Shown: piece by piece, positions 12,330 to 26,600 of the stretch
How positions within the stretch are numbered: position 1 is the stretch's first letter
Layout: the number at the start of each line of letters is the position of its first letter
Source: Iphione sp. A-MEVVRFRX5
Taxonomy: Eukaryota
Assembly (NCBI GenBank): GCA_976226885.1
Contig: OZ320314.1
Span: 104,222,001 to 104,286,000 of the forward strand
Reading direction: 5' to 3'
Length of the DNA: 64,000 nucleotides
Notes under the pieces: model-generated
What the model was told of the DNA's origin: nothing
The model's input: the letters and a program-made list of their open reading frames with translations, nothing else
Database searches by the model: none
Program-made: the position numbers and the translations under genes

Positions 12330-14070
12330 TGTCTAAGCCTCCCAGCAATGGGTTCTGTCATCAGCCTCATAATGCAAAAATAACTGCCATTGATGATATT
12401 TTCTCTTAACTGCCCTATGATTGCTGATGTAAGTGTCATTGGTAAAGCGTGAAAGATACGTCATTGACAACCATTTCTCCCATTGTTGCGCAGACACGTG
12501 CAATCCGTCAGTTGATTGCGGAGAAATGTAACGTAAACGTGGTGTTGTGCTGCTATGACATTTTCTGCATAAGTAATAACTGTAGTAGCGTCCGGAGGAC
12601 ATTCTTACGCAGTGGGGCGATTGGCCCATGGCGCACCACTCCAGGGGTGTTTGCTTTAGGTCCGAGCTATACTATTATTGTTAGATAAGGTCCCATTTTT
12701 CGGACAATTCATCTGGTCTCTGACCGCTGCTAAGGGTAAACCTTAAATTCAAAAGCAGTTCTACTTCTGTGTCTCAATGGAATCCGGGACTGCTCTGAAC
12801 CTGGGCACATTACGTAGGACCAAAGAGTCACTGTTTGATATAGTGGTTAGTTTGAGTTACAATAACACTTTTTTGAGGTACAATAACACTTCTTTTGCAA
12901 TGCCAGTGTGAACTTTGTCGACACCGAGAATTTCGTCTGGTTTGGACACTTTTAATACACCATTGCTATGTCTGACTATTTGGAACGTGTGAACAATACA
13001 CTTGAAATTGCCATGCTCACCCAAGTCAATTGAAACATCCCTCTTTATTTTTACATCTTCACGTGTAATATCTATCGTGTTTATATGCTCAATGATCTTT
13101 ATTCTATATCTTCATTTAAGATAAAAGCAAATGGTCTGCTTGTCTATTGACTTGTCGGATTAGAAAACTACTAGACAGCTTCTGAGACAACTGATCACTT
13201 TAATGGCCTCCTCATCTATCAACCCTCTAGACGTATTTGATACATCGTACAGTTGTTGTGGGGGGTGTTACTTTAAATTACATGAAGTTGGGATGATTAC
13301 ATGAACAATAATCCTATGAGCTCAAGCCTTGAGCTTTATTTCCCAACATCGTCCTAAATCAGACATGATCTGATACATAAAAGCTTTGCAATGACTTACA
13401 TCTTGTGGCAACAGTACAATCAAATAATGTAATATTATATTTCATTCACACTCTAGTGAATCGATGGTGCCATTGGGAAATATAATAAGTTTATTCAAGT
13501 TCTGAAAAGTAACTGATAGAAGTACATGTACTTAATACTTTCTTCACGAAAGGAGTTAACCAAAATTTTTGAAGTACGTTTTTATGTCAGTGTAGGAGGC
13601 TGATCGATTATACTTCTGTCAAAGTACCATCATTAAATGTTACGTTCACAGAAGTTCAATTTCAAACAGATGGAATTCAAGCAAATTTAAATCCATTTCA
13701 ATGCTGCTCTGAATGCTAGTCACGGTCTGGTAATATTAAACTAATTATACCCCTTTCGGTTAAAATGTCACTTTGATTAGTGTTTGAAAGAATACGATCC
13801 TTTTCGACAATACTTAATGCAATTTCACAAAACCTAATGGAAGTATAATTCGAGATTAACAAAACAGAGTCATTTGAACTTGGAAAGAAGTTTAAGTTTG
13901 TATGCAACTCTGAATTTAATTGGTTATGATCAAAATACTTGTGTACATTTGGTACACTGCCAACGTTCACCTAGATCTTAAATCAAAGATTTGGGTCCTT
14001 CTCCTGGACATAAACTTTAAAGCTTTATTTCGCGTTATGCAGCCAAGATACATTCTTTTTTCATTTAGTG
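12330..14070 (-). mobile_element. Possible ancient LINE (CR1/L2-like) coding remnant
   Basis: Scattered minus-strand motifs in plausible order: PHD-like WLH...WQCTKC, APE-like DRILSNTNQSDILTERGIISLIL, FWLTPFVKKVL (PW.T..KK-like), DITREDV...LKVSK...GVD. Similarity is weak and judged by eye. Confidence 0.25.
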
Positions 14071-17000
14071 TTCAGCAAGCGAAATCAAACTCTTTAACAT
14101 AAAACCATTAATGTTACACGTAATTCATCTTCCCAATCATGAGAATCACGAAAATGACTTATGGCAAGGCAGTTGGGAGGATTCGGCCAATTATAAATTG
14201 CCTCCCTAGAAGCATCAGTCAAAACCATGAAATCACGACGGGAACTCGAATTAAAGCAGAGGAGAGCAGTTTCAGACCAAAATAAAGACTAAAGCTCTGT
14301 CAACAACTAACTGTAATTTAAAATGGCATTTAGTAAGTAAACATTTCGAATATATACACATGAGGGAAGTGCGAGAAATCATCATATCACACATCCGTTA
14401 CGTGTAGCATGCATGATTCAGTCAAAAATATGGGACTCGTTTTTGTATGAGGACAGGCACTATGAAACTGTGTTAAGTTGTTTTCAAGGTTAATTATTAA
14501 CCCGGAGATGGAAATTCATAACTAAATGGGACATGCGTAACAGGAAGGGGAAGCCGCGTTTTTAGAAGTTAGATGTAGCACTATTATCCTTAGTTAGTAC
14601 ATTGTAAATGGGAAAACAGTGGCAACTGTAACCTTGCCTCGGATCCCGTGTTATGGCATTCTTTACCCAACTCATTAGGTTTACGGTTACTGATGGTACA
14701 AAAAAGATATTTCTCTCTTTTTTCATTATACTACAGCTCATTAATTTCTTAATTGTATCCATTAATCACGAACACCTTTTGTGCCATTCGTCATAGCGCA
14801 AGGCTTCCATTCCATGATGAATTAAAACAATTAGGCCTTCTGTTGGCGTTAGGGGAGGGGATAAAAAGGCAGCAAGAATATAGGTAACGCTTATGGCGAG
14901 GAGAGGGAGGCGTGGGGGGGGGGGCGGTGCTGCCTAGGCGCAGGGGAGAAGAGACAGCACTGAGAGAAGGCGGCAGAGGCTGTCTCTGCCTGTATGGGGA
15001 GGGACAAGGGATGGGGGGTGGCCGTAATATGGTTTTAATTGACAAGCTGAGGTAAGTCTTGCCCTGCGTCGCCATCCGTCAGCCGACTAATATCTTTTGT
15101 ACACAATTAATCCGCCTGCCGCTAGGCTATATCCGGGCAAGCCGACATAAGACACAGACCTATAGGTAAGGTGTGCCTTTCAGCCGGCCCTGATGGATGC
15201 TTCCCACATGAACTGTTGACATTGCCCAACGGTTCGACAGTATTCTGCATGTGTGCTCTGTCCTCCAGTTCCCTCTCAGTGAGAAAAACATTGATGATAT
15301 CTTAAATACAACTCTAGCTCAGAGGGCCACCTCCGTGACTGCACCTTGTTGGTCTCTGTTGCAGTCTGGTCCAAAACGAGCTCTATGTCCACATTGAAAT
15401 ACATGTGTTTGGTTCTACCAAAAAATCTAGTCCCTGTTGGGTTGTGTGATCTTTAAATGAGAGTAAACTGTACATACGGGTGTATTTACATGTATGAATA
15501 GCAAGACGAACACGTCCGCTTCTAAACCTGGAAAGAATACACGTACTGTGTGATAATCAGACAGACCGTTTTGTCGTCTTATGGCAAGGTTCATGTACCT
15601 TTCGTAGTGTAAATGAATAAAACGTGAGAGACAGTTGCTGCCATGCAAGAAGAACCATTTTGGCGATTCATTAACGGGATTTCGCTTTAATCGCTCACAT
15701 TGGAGTTCATCAGGTTAAAAGAAATGTTAGCGATCGTGCGAAAAAGATGTGATAATGACATTTGACAACGAAAATACGCGTCTACATATGATATCAGTTC
15801 TATATATAATAAAGTAATGTTTGAATGCATTTCTTCCAGTCGGCTTTTCTTGATATTCCCTATGTGGTTTGACATTGATCACAACATGCTGAATAAATGG
15901 GTAAATTGATTTTTTGTGCATGTGCATGAGGCACATACCTATTATCAGACAAATACATGTACACGTGGACTTTTTCATTATTCCCCTGCTTTCTCGATGA
16001 GAAATATGACCGCTCTTTTCGTTTCTTTTGTCACTCTAATCAGGCAAACGCGGTTTGATGCATGTACAAGTGACACATATAAAGGCTTACTGTGGGATAC
16101 TTAATTGATTCGCTGTAAGCCAACGTGTGTATCTGAAACACTTCGGCACTTTCTTGAATCGAGCTTAGATTTCTTCGCAAAAATCCTTGTGGTTTTCCCA
16201 TTTCGATTTATGTTCCTGCTAGCGACCTGGGGCTCTAGGGATCTGCAGAACTGTTTTAGACGGCCATTCAAATGACGTCTGTTTGGGGCAATTCAGCTCA
16301 GAAAAAAAATGAATGAGGACATCCGTGCGAGCTTTCAGCAGTAATAAATATAAGAGGCTGGGCACACATAGAGCATCTAATCTATATGGCAGATCTTGGG
16401 GCGTCCTGTTGGTAATGGGCTGGTGCCAAAAATGCCGCATACATCACTACTGGTGAGCACCTAATAGTGTCAAAGACCTGCTTAAAGGGCTTTTGAATGG
16501 TGATAGGGACACGACCGGAGGAGATTGGGAGTGGAGTTGGTGTTATTGACTTGACGAAGCGTCATCCGCTCTCGCCAGGAAACCCACTACAGATAAGTTC
16601 AAAATATCCGGAGGTGAAATTTTCTATCAGCGCCGCGCTAGAGAAGGATCGCAGCAACACATCCGCTCCGCCAGGCGGGGGAAGGGGCAGGGGGGAGTAT
16701 GTTAAACTTCTCAAAAGAGAGACATTCTTTTTGACGGGGGATTACCGATTGTATCAATCAAATAGAGGCAGATGGAATAATGTTGACTGGAATGTTTAGA
16801 ATAGTGCTTCCTGATATGAATGGCCCGATGCAGGAACTTGTTCGTTGGAATTGTTATCTTACCAAGAAATGACTATTCATATCGGCAAAAAGGTCACATT
16901 CATCGGAGTGGAATCGAATCACCAGTATCAACATGTACTGAAACAAATGTTATCACAGGACTAAATTATTTTCTAAATATGACATTCGTCATAGTTTAAC

Positions 17001-17584
17001 TCTCGTGTTTATCTGGAAAACGTATTCTTACTGCATTTCGTCATTAATACTCTTGTACACTGAACGATACTTATGGGACCTTGTTGGAATATCACAGATT
17101 TGCCTTCCAATTTGCTGGAGGACGTACGAATGAACTTGTCTGATTTTTCAACTGTGTATTCAGCTTTCGAGGAGGTCAAACGTTTGCTTGAAATAGATTT
17201 AACTTCCTGAAGTTTTCATCATAGCTGATGTTTAGTAAGCTCCTGGTAGAGTAAGTTCATCTTGCGTGACGAATGGTTCATTCTGTGTGACAAGTGCATG
17301 CTGAAGTATGATGGAGGACCCCCGACCTTCAAGGTCAACATATGAATTATTCAGGGTTATGAGGTGTCCAACCTTTCATGTAAAACTTGACTTTCTAAAA
17401 TACTCTTGTTGTTGAAGCAGACGATCGGAATCACAGTAATTCAACTTTTTTTGCGTGGCTCGTCTCAAAAGCCTCCAGTCCGCTTCATACATACACATCG
17501 ATCCTATGACAGATATCTGGTTTTAATATACATTTATAAATGTTGCCAATTTATACGGAGTGGTCAAAATGTCGTCCATCGGGA

Positions 17585-17640
17585 GACGGGCGGACTCTAT
17601 ACATATTAGTGTGGCGCTCCAGATTGGCTGGGCGGCAGTG
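17585..17640. promoter_or_regulatory. Candidate promoter-like motif cluster (two GC boxes and a CCAAT box)
   Basis: GGGCGG 17588-17593, ATTGG 17623-17627 and GGGCGG 17630-17635, at the edge of a CpG-rich island. Confidence 0.25.
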
Positions 17641-18532
17641 GGCCTGCTGAAGCCTTGGTCAAACAGGCTGTCGCCAGACTCGAACACCTCCCGTCACCCA
17701 GCCAGCCAGCTAGTCAAGCAGTCAGCCTTCCAGGGAAGTCTGCCGGGAGGCCGGCTGGTTTATGGTCACGGCCGCTGTCAGGTCACACGCTGCTTATGAT
17801 GGGATGAGGCGGCCAGGTCGAAGCAAGAGACCTTACGGGTCGAAGGTCGGCGGTAGGGCCGAGTTGTCCGAGGCGGCGGCTGTAGCTTTCCGGGTCGGTG
17901 TTGGATGGTTGGAGCCTCAGCATGTTATATGTTTACCCACGTGTAAGTCTACGCTATTGATGGTAGTTAGTCTAACGATAGCCTGTACGACCCACAATAC
18001 GGTGTGCTATTGCAACCTACCATGGGAATCCGCTACTCGATCTTCACCATTGCTTTGCAAGCAAAGCCCAATGCAACCACATGGTCAAACGATAAAGAGA
18101 GACAGTCACAGTCTTTCGGTTGCTTATATTTAAACTGCAGATACCGGAAGACGGTATGTGTTATGAACAAATTAACTTCAAACAGTAGGTTGATTCATTG
18201 GCATTCCTCAGTGGCAGGCTACTGTAAGTGTGATTTCATGTAGTCAAAAAATAATGAAGAGACGGAATAGTCATGGAACGCGCAGGAAATTGACCCCAAA
18301 TATTTTACCTTCTGAAGAGGACATTTGCCTTCTTCATTGACGAGATACAGTTTACATATTGAATGACCTCATATTGAATAACGCTATGTGCTTTTTATAA
18401 TTTGACAGGCAATAAGACATATTGCTTGCATTCACTACATGTATATTGTAATGCTACATCTTTCGCAGGTTTTTTGTTTTTTTTCTTCCCCGATGATGTA
18501 AGGACTAGAACTGAGTGAGTGGCTGTTCTTAC

Positions 18533-18683
18533 CTTGGGTGGCCAGTGTCCAAACTCTCAAGTAGAGCTCGATATGCTCCTCGTGTACGCGGCCTCTTTTG
18601 ACACCAGGGACTCCTGGGTGTACTTCTGCCAATACGGTTAATACATGCAGTGAATTGCCCGCCGCCAAGTTTGACAAAGTGTC
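18533..18683 (-). CDS. Candidate isolated 151-bp exon, product unknown
   Basis: Minus-strand acceptor TTTGTTTAG|GAC and donor CAAG|GTAAG. Two of the three frames are open. No recognisable homology and no partner exons found. Confidence 0.2.
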
Positions 18684-21600
18684 CTAAACAAACCCATCCG
18701 ATTTGGTCGAGGGGAACCACCACTACCACTAGCAAAGCCGCTCCCACTGCCAGCGGCTTCACCAGCGCCAACAAAGCAACAAATACGCATCCCAGGCGCC
18801 TGTCGTAATTCATCAAAACCGAATCATTCTGATCAGAATCATTATTTCTGATGCAACATTCCCGCTGCTTTCCTCCGAATACTTAATTCGCCTGACATTT
18901 ACTACACTTCTACTAGACTCACTACGAAACAGACCTTGACCAAAAAAACCCCGATGCTCTTGATTCTTTGGGAAAACACACAACCTCATTTGAAAGGAAG
19001 TATAAACTCTTTGCCAAGAAAAAAGATAAATTTGTAAGTAACCTATATGAAAGGTATATATATATGTAAGTAAGCGTTGATACTATAGTTTTTACTGACC
19101 TCGTTCATGGATACGTCGTTCTGCACTTTCCAGCTCAATCTATACATATACATGTATGTGTATATATAACACATACTAGCGTAAGGGCACTCTAACGCGA
19201 CAAGTTAATATCTGACACGGAAGGAAATGTGACATCGGCATGAAAGCAGACACTGCCGTCAAGTAGACGATTTATATATACATGTATCTATATAAAGAAC
19301 AACAGAGGCTCAGCTCCACTATGGAGTCTTGTGCAAAGCGCAGTTGGCTCAACGTATTCCTTAAAAAATACCAAACTGGCTGACAGGTAAAGTATAAATC
19401 GAGTTCAGTGTTCAAAATAATTCACTTACATGAATTCTGTAGTAATAAAATATAATATTTTCGAAAGCTTTCTTTAATTTGATTTGGAACAGTGATAGTC
19501 TTACAAATGATCTATCACTTTGTAGACTATATTACACCAGACAGCAGCTGTATCAAATGTTGAGGGATTTGAACGAAACCACTGGGAGAGGGGTCTTTGC
19601 ATCAAGGTAATTCTTCAACCGTATATATACGCAACAATTCCCTATACTAGTATCTTGTACCCACGTTTTGGTGCTTTTGATCCTTGTATTGCGACAAAAT
19701 TGGATTGCTAAGTACCCGCCTGGAATTTATGAAGCATCACAATTGTCCTGCATTACTAAGTGAGCGTATATATGCACATTTATGAGGGAGTAATCCATAA
19801 ATATTTACGTTATGGGATAGCCATTCAACGATTGAACAAATTAGTTTCCTATCGGCAGTGCGGGCCAAAGATTTACCTTTTTTCCTATAGTCCAGATTTA
19901 AACAGCCACTACAATGCAATAGTATGTAAAAATACTCTACATGCAGATTTCAAACACCACAAAAATGTCAAAGTATGTGAAGAAAATACTCTACACCAAG
20001 ACTATGTTAATATCATACATAATGCGTATCATATACAGACTCAATTTCGGAAGATATGTGTCGTTAATGGGACAAGTTCATCATGGCACGAATCAACAAT
20101 CGTTAAATTCATCCTGCTCTCTAATGTTCGTAATATTACAATCAAGGGACGTCTGACGATGTGGTAGTGACAGCAGTAAAAGCTTTCCATGTAGGCTTTC
20201 ACTGAACGTGAGTGATGCCTTTGCGCTGTAAAAATGGAAGACACATGGGCATCTCTCGAGAGAAGAGCGCCTTCACGTCATCAGCAGCTTGCTGTATTTA
20301 CCATTATTTTAAACATGTCATTCGATGGGTCATTTTCACAGCATAACGATCTCCTCACGTCTATATGACTAAAGTCTGCTTTATCTCCAACAGTACTGCC
20401 ACAGACAAGCATTAAAATAGAGTGGTTATTGTTTAATCAGTTAGAACTGTGTCAGACTTCCTTATGAATTGAGAGCTCTACTCAAAGATGACAGTTTGCA
20501 TGTCAGAGTCTGTTCAACTTTGCATATTGACTAACAGAACTCTGTGTTGCCCTGAGATTGACTGAATTGAGGGTATGGTCAGCGTCAGATAGACATCTGA
20601 AAGCGGAATTTGATATTTTTTGTAAAATGTTTTATTCATTTACCCCTCCCTGACAACACAGAATGGCGCTTACATTATATATCATGTGAAAACCCATAAT
20701 TCCATATTATTGTGGAAACATTTTCATTCTATTTGATTGACAGTATTGAAAGCAAGATATAATTTAGAATAAAATATTTAATAGATCAAGTGCTCAGCAG
20801 GTGATTTGCAGCATTAGGACACCTAATTTGTTTTTGTATGTGATTTAGAATACATTTTATCATAAGGTGTATGTTAACATATTTTATCCAAAGATAGTGC
20901 ATCAGAATTAGTATTGACATCCCTAATGCAGATTTTAGGCATTACGTGATATTTACAAAATGGAAAGTATTATGATTGATGATGAGAAGTAATGATGCAA
21001 CTTCAGGTTTTTAAGGACAACGTTTTTGGTCAATGTTTTCAGAATAGTTCAAAATGTTTCAACCAAAATGTCACCAGAGGCAAAACTTTTAGGGATGTTA
21101 TGTGTTTACCCGTTTACCGAATGATCATTATTATGGACATTTTCTATTGGATAATGAATTAATTATATCGAACGGTGTCGTAAACCTTGGTACAAATTTG
21201 ATCCAATAAGATAGCAAATGTGACTAACCAGCTCAGTTGAAGTGTTGGCAGGTGTCCTTCAAAGGTTGGGTAGAATCGCCTCCCCCACCCTACCCCTGCA
21301 CTAATCTAAGGGCCGTTGTGGTCCGTGTGGCTAAATGAAATGATTAAGGGAGTGTGCGACGTACGTTTACTTAGATAGCGGATACAGTTTATATAAGAAT
21401 CGATTCGAAAAGAACCATTCACGTTCGGAAATTTCACTGGTTAAATTCGGGATATCACATCGGGATATCACATTCATTTATCAATAGAGCGCGCATAAGT
21501 CGAGTCCTCACTTTATAAAAAAAAAAAACATTATCATTGATACAAGAAATTTGAAGCCGACAATAGCTCCTAGAACCAAGTGATTGTTGTGAGAGATATT

Positions 21601-22097
21601 GACCCACCCAGTTATCAAATTGCAACTGCGCCTTTCTTGATCAGCAGGACGTTAAATGCAATAGCCTCATAAAATCTACCCGTATTTCCGTTTCTACGAT
21701 GAAGAATAATGGCTGTGGTTTCTTATATCAACAACATGCATGTTGTGATTCAGACTACTGATGCTGTGAAAACAACCTGAAAACTTGATATGAAAGAGGA
21801 TCTCAGTCCAGGAGAATCTCCTTACCTATTTCTATGCGAACCTGTGTCCAATATCAGTTGGACAGCACCTGATTTATAAAGCAGTCTGGGGGAAGGTAAT
21901 GATAACTTTAACCTTTGGTTTTAAAAAATGTCCAAGTTGTAGCCTAGTGTCAGCCGTCCACGAATCGATTTTGATATCCGACACGTGACAGTAACATTAA
22001 AAGGTGTGTTTTTTTCGAGACAGGGAATAAATCATTCTTCGAGCGAGGAGTTTTTCTAGCAGGAAATAGTCTACCGTATAGAAACGGATCTGAGGGT

Positions 22098-22122
22098 TAT
22101 ATATATATATATATATATATAT
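22098..22122. repeat. (AT)n microsatellite
   Basis: Read directly. Confidence 0.95.
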
Positions 22123-23344
22123 CTACACGTATTTCATGAATGTGTAAATGTATTTGAATGTACAGAACCTATGCTATTCTGAGTTGAAATATACAAGGGG
22201 GTTTAAGTATGAAAGCCCCCATTCCAGTACAGACGGCTGTACAGCACTGCCTCCCGGGTTATACCGAATATCCACTTCCAGAATGTGTGTTTTTTAATAT
22301 TGTGGGTGAACCAAGTGGAAACGCCGGGCTTCAAACCGACTCCGCAGCAACAACGGGTTCAATGATCACTGAGTTTATTGGTCGACTTTTCTTATTTCAC
22401 TCGGAGGGAATAGTGCTACCTCGTGAGAGAAGCACCAGCAGGACTCATCTTAGAATTATCAGGCTCTTTTTCTCTAGAGAAACGAATTAAATTAGAAAAA
22501 AACATAATAGGATGACATTTGCATGTAGGGACAACAATTAGTAAGTTATCAAGTTATAGCGATATGCAAGAAAACTTGCTGAGTGATATTTTTGAATTAT
22601 ACATTATTTCTAACGCCGGTTACCCCACATGTTGGAGTGCCGCTGTAAGAGAATTGCAGTAATGATTCCTTTTAGTCTGGGAAAATGACCCTAAGATTCC
22701 TGAAGTAAGTGTAGATTGGATATTTTCTTTACGTTATCTTTTTTTCTTCATCACTGAGATGTTGGTAAAATGTCCTCCAATCCTTGAAATTCCACATAAT
22801 GCAACAAAGCAATAAAAGAGGCATTTCGTTTTCATAAAAGCAAGAATAAGGCTCACTGTATTCTCTCAATATGAGAAGTTCTCTATGATGATATGTATAT
22901 TCCGAAAGGGCACATCAAAGAAGAAAAAAAACTTAACCTTCATGAACGGCGGGAAAACAATAGAAAAATAAGTAGTCTTGGTTTACACTTACTGTTGTAC
23001 TGCTGAATTCCTAGAGCCAAAGTGGTTTTAAAAAATTCAATGCCGTTTTATTTTTCCCGCAGTTGTGGGACACGGATATAAATATGTCACCTATGCTGCG
23101 TGGCCACTGTTATACATCTTGAAGGCACAGTGTTTGAGGAAAACTATATCAGAATATGAATGTGTAAAGAGAAAATAGTATTCAGATGTCTGATTACAAC
23201 ATAACCTAGCAGTGTTCTCATAATCCCAGTTACCGATGTTTTGCCTATCTTATCTCATGCAGCCGTGGTAATGACGATTTGCTCTGCTGGCCTTCCGAAT
23301 CCACTGTGACTCATTTGCAGCATTTAACCATAAGGAATTGCTAA

Positions 23345-23693
23345 GGCCGGAAAAAAAATAGGTGTGTTTGTGGTAACCCACCCTTACCTAGTAAAATCTC
23401 ACCTTACCTAAAAGATTTTTGGCCCCAAAGAGTTTCCAAGGCTGAATTTCCTTAGATATGTGTTTTCACGACACATGTTTTTAGTAAATTCAGTAAAAAA
23501 ACAACAAAATCCATGGAAATTCACCAAAAACCGTAAAACTCATACAGATTGGTCAAAATTATTCATATTGTCTTATTATTTTTGAAAACTAGAGGAAGAA
23601 ATTGAAAAAAAAATTCTAAAAAAAAAGATACCCCCCTCCCTACCAAGGTTTTTAGCTGGTCGTTACCAGAAACACACCTATTCTTTTAGGCCC
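23345..23693 (+). mobile_element. MITE with ~30-bp TIRs, probably PIF/Harbinger (Tourist-like); inverted paralogue of 42987-43335
   Basis: TAA|GGCCGGAAAAAAAATAGGTGTGTTTGTGGTAAC ... GTTACCAGAAACACACCTATTCTTTTAGGCC. The interior matches the reverse complement of 42987-43335. Confidence 0.75.
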
Positions 23694-26600
23694 AAAGTGT
23701 TTGTGGGAAGATAGGGATATAGAGTGAAAAAAAGTGGCAGAGGTACTTTAAGATATTTAAGTAAAAGATGGTTGTTACGATTGCGACACAACCGTATGCA
23801 GCGGCAGCAAATCATTGCATTTGTCGAGGTAAGCTTACAAAAGATTACCAGACTAGCATCCAGTCATATTTCATGTCTCACGCTTGGGGCCATCATAGCC
23901 ACCCCTTCGTTAGCATTACAAGACCTCCTGCTAGATGCTTTTAACTTGGTTGGAGCAATGTATGAGTGCTGAAAGTGTCGGATACCTGTTTACAGGATAT
24001 GAATGTCTTTACATCATTTAGATATATCTGGTGTACCTTCTCTGCACAGCAAGACCTTATTTGTATTGAAAGTACATGTACATTATCAAGTAAATTAATC
24101 TATTTGACATTTTAAATGTATAATGGAACAGATAACGGCGATGTAGAGGTTTGGTGAAGCTGTCATCGCCGACCCATTGTTGCCTGCTGATATTGCTTTT
24201 GGTACTTTATGGTGGCCCTATCAATATAACACATGTTCTCCTATTTCTTTATAGAAGTGCTGTTTGATTTAGAATATGTGAATGAGAGTAGCATGTGGTG
24301 AATCTCTCAGCTTACTTCTGTATCACATGTGCTATCGGTGACTGTTTGTGTTTCTGTACTGATAACGTAAGTAATAGGTATATATATGGTAGGTGACTTA
24401 GGCTAAATCAATCATTCTAAAGCCCTATCTTTTCAATGTCAGAACAAGCGCCTTCGCACTTGCACTGGCATCTCTCATCATTGAACTATCCTCTAGCCTA
24501 AACCTCGTTCATCCTTTTAGTTTTCGCGTGTCTCGGATGCGTACTAAATCGGTTTTAGGAGGTCAGATGGTGATATACTAGAAAATTATTTCATATTAGT
24601 CAAATTATTTACTCCTACATGTATACAGTTCCTTGTGCAAGGCAAAGATGAATGCTGCTCCAAGCCGATTGTTTACAATAGTGACAAAGATGAAAGCTCT
24701 GATATGTGAATAACGACTAACATGAAGTCGGCATTCCCACATCAACGCTAAAATGAAAAAACTGCGATGAACACATTTTGATATAATAGCCTATTATACA
24801 GCAAAAATGTACCCATTCTGGTGCAGTGATACATCATATCGCTTGAGGTGTTAAAGCTGGACAGGAATAGGAATTTCTGCACACGTTCCAAATATTTTGA
24901 TTTATTCAACAGAAGGCATTTCCTTGATACACTGACTGCTTAAGGTCTGATTTACATACTTGTGTCTGTATGTTGTTTCAGCATTTGTGTAAATGTTCTG
25001 AAATTGTAGCAAATGTGTTTTATTTTTTTGAAGGTATTCTCAAATTGCTGCAAAAGTGCAGAGGAGTTTTTTTGGGCAAATGTCTGAATTTTGTGGCAGA
25101 TGTACATTTTCTTTTACAAAATAACTTGAATTTGTACAACTGTATATTTTGTATTATCTAATATGTTGTAGTATGTGCATGTATTTTGTGAACGAGCTGG
25201 CTCGGGATAATCTGTTTCAGGGGATCCATGTCAGGGAAATAGTTTCCAAAATAAACTATGCAGAAAGGTATTATGCATTAAGATTAACTGTGACACATAT
25301 GTCTATGACACAGCAGGAGTGTATTACACAATCTTCTCCAGCTGGGCCATATGTCTGGACAATGTATCTATTTTTAGCTGCTATTATGTAATCTGTGTGG
25401 TATTGCACAACACTGGAGTACATAAGTACATGTTTTCCTGAATAAATAGACCCCTTTTCCTTGCACATACAAGAAAGATCACCCATGCACAACTATTTTT
25501 CTGTATTTGGAGTGAACGAGATTATTTTTGTTATCTGTTCGACTTTTCACTCGTCAACACTCTCTTATACTCACACATATACAATTTCCCAAACACTACA
25601 TGTGCTTACATTGCATTTCATGAAATTTACCAGCACTGTCTGAAAAAAGCACTAATATCAAAAATATCACAATATCCATAATGGTTTGTGTCCAAGTACA
25701 ATGCTGTTTACTAGGAACGCTTCATCCTGATTTGATATTACGATGTATAATAAAATCGATAGGTAACGTTTGAGCTACAGCAATCATCAGTAGGTTGCTT
25801 ATATCAGAATGTATTACACAGAGAGACTACACTAACTAAGCATTTAAATATGGCGGAGAGTGCTGGGTTCAGAGTTTAAGTCATGGAAGTGATTGAACTG
25901 CCCATCTGGACAGCGTAATCCAAAATGCCATTCGCTCTAATATGATTTTGAGTGAAATATAAAAGTCTTGCATAATAACCTAGTCATTTATAAACTTTAT
26001 GAAATATGTTTGTCCATCTGGTTCGAAAATACACCGTCCACCATGTTGAATGATGACATCACAATGTTACTTGTGTTATTTCCCGTCTAGTGCTCTTTGC
26101 AGTGCATACACATTTTGTTTATTTCTGGTTTGAGAGAAGATGTAATGTATTTAGAAAATTTAAGAATTAACCCTTATAATACATGTGTACATTAAATATA
26201 TCTCTAACATACATTGCATATGTAGGCTCTATTTAGTTCATTTAGTCGGTTTGGGTGACCCTTTTCGTATGTTATTTATGTGATCAAAAACATAAATCGT
26301 GAGAAGTTTGCCATTTTCTTCTGCTTGAAATCGATTGTGAACAATGGCTGGCCTATTCAATGGGATCAAAGGTAACAAATTTCCAGCAGTGCATTAGTCC
26401 AGACTCTAAGCATGTTTGGGGGACATTGAAAATATAAGAAATGTACTGCCTGCCATAATAGAACAAAGAAGTGTAGAATTAGCAATCACTTCTCATGTGA
26501 TTTTTGTTATTTAATGCAAAATAAAATTCCATATAATGCAAACTTGGTAGTTCAAACTACGTGCCAGTGTTCTTTGAAACACGAGTCCCATGTAGATATA

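Noticed and set aside
21305-21335. GGGCCGTTGTGGTCCGTGTGGCTAA, resembling a tRNA or SINE A-box start
   Set aside because: No B-box or cloverleaf downstream.
21826-21885. Minus-strand mini-exon encoding LILDTGS (aspartic protease-like)
   Set aside because: Its phase is incompatible with the next candidate exon (18533-18683) and no other protease motifs are present.
26016-26030. IWFEN, resembling homeodomain helix 3 (IWFQNRR)
   Set aside because: Followed by TPS rather than RR, with no upstream helices and a stop soon after.
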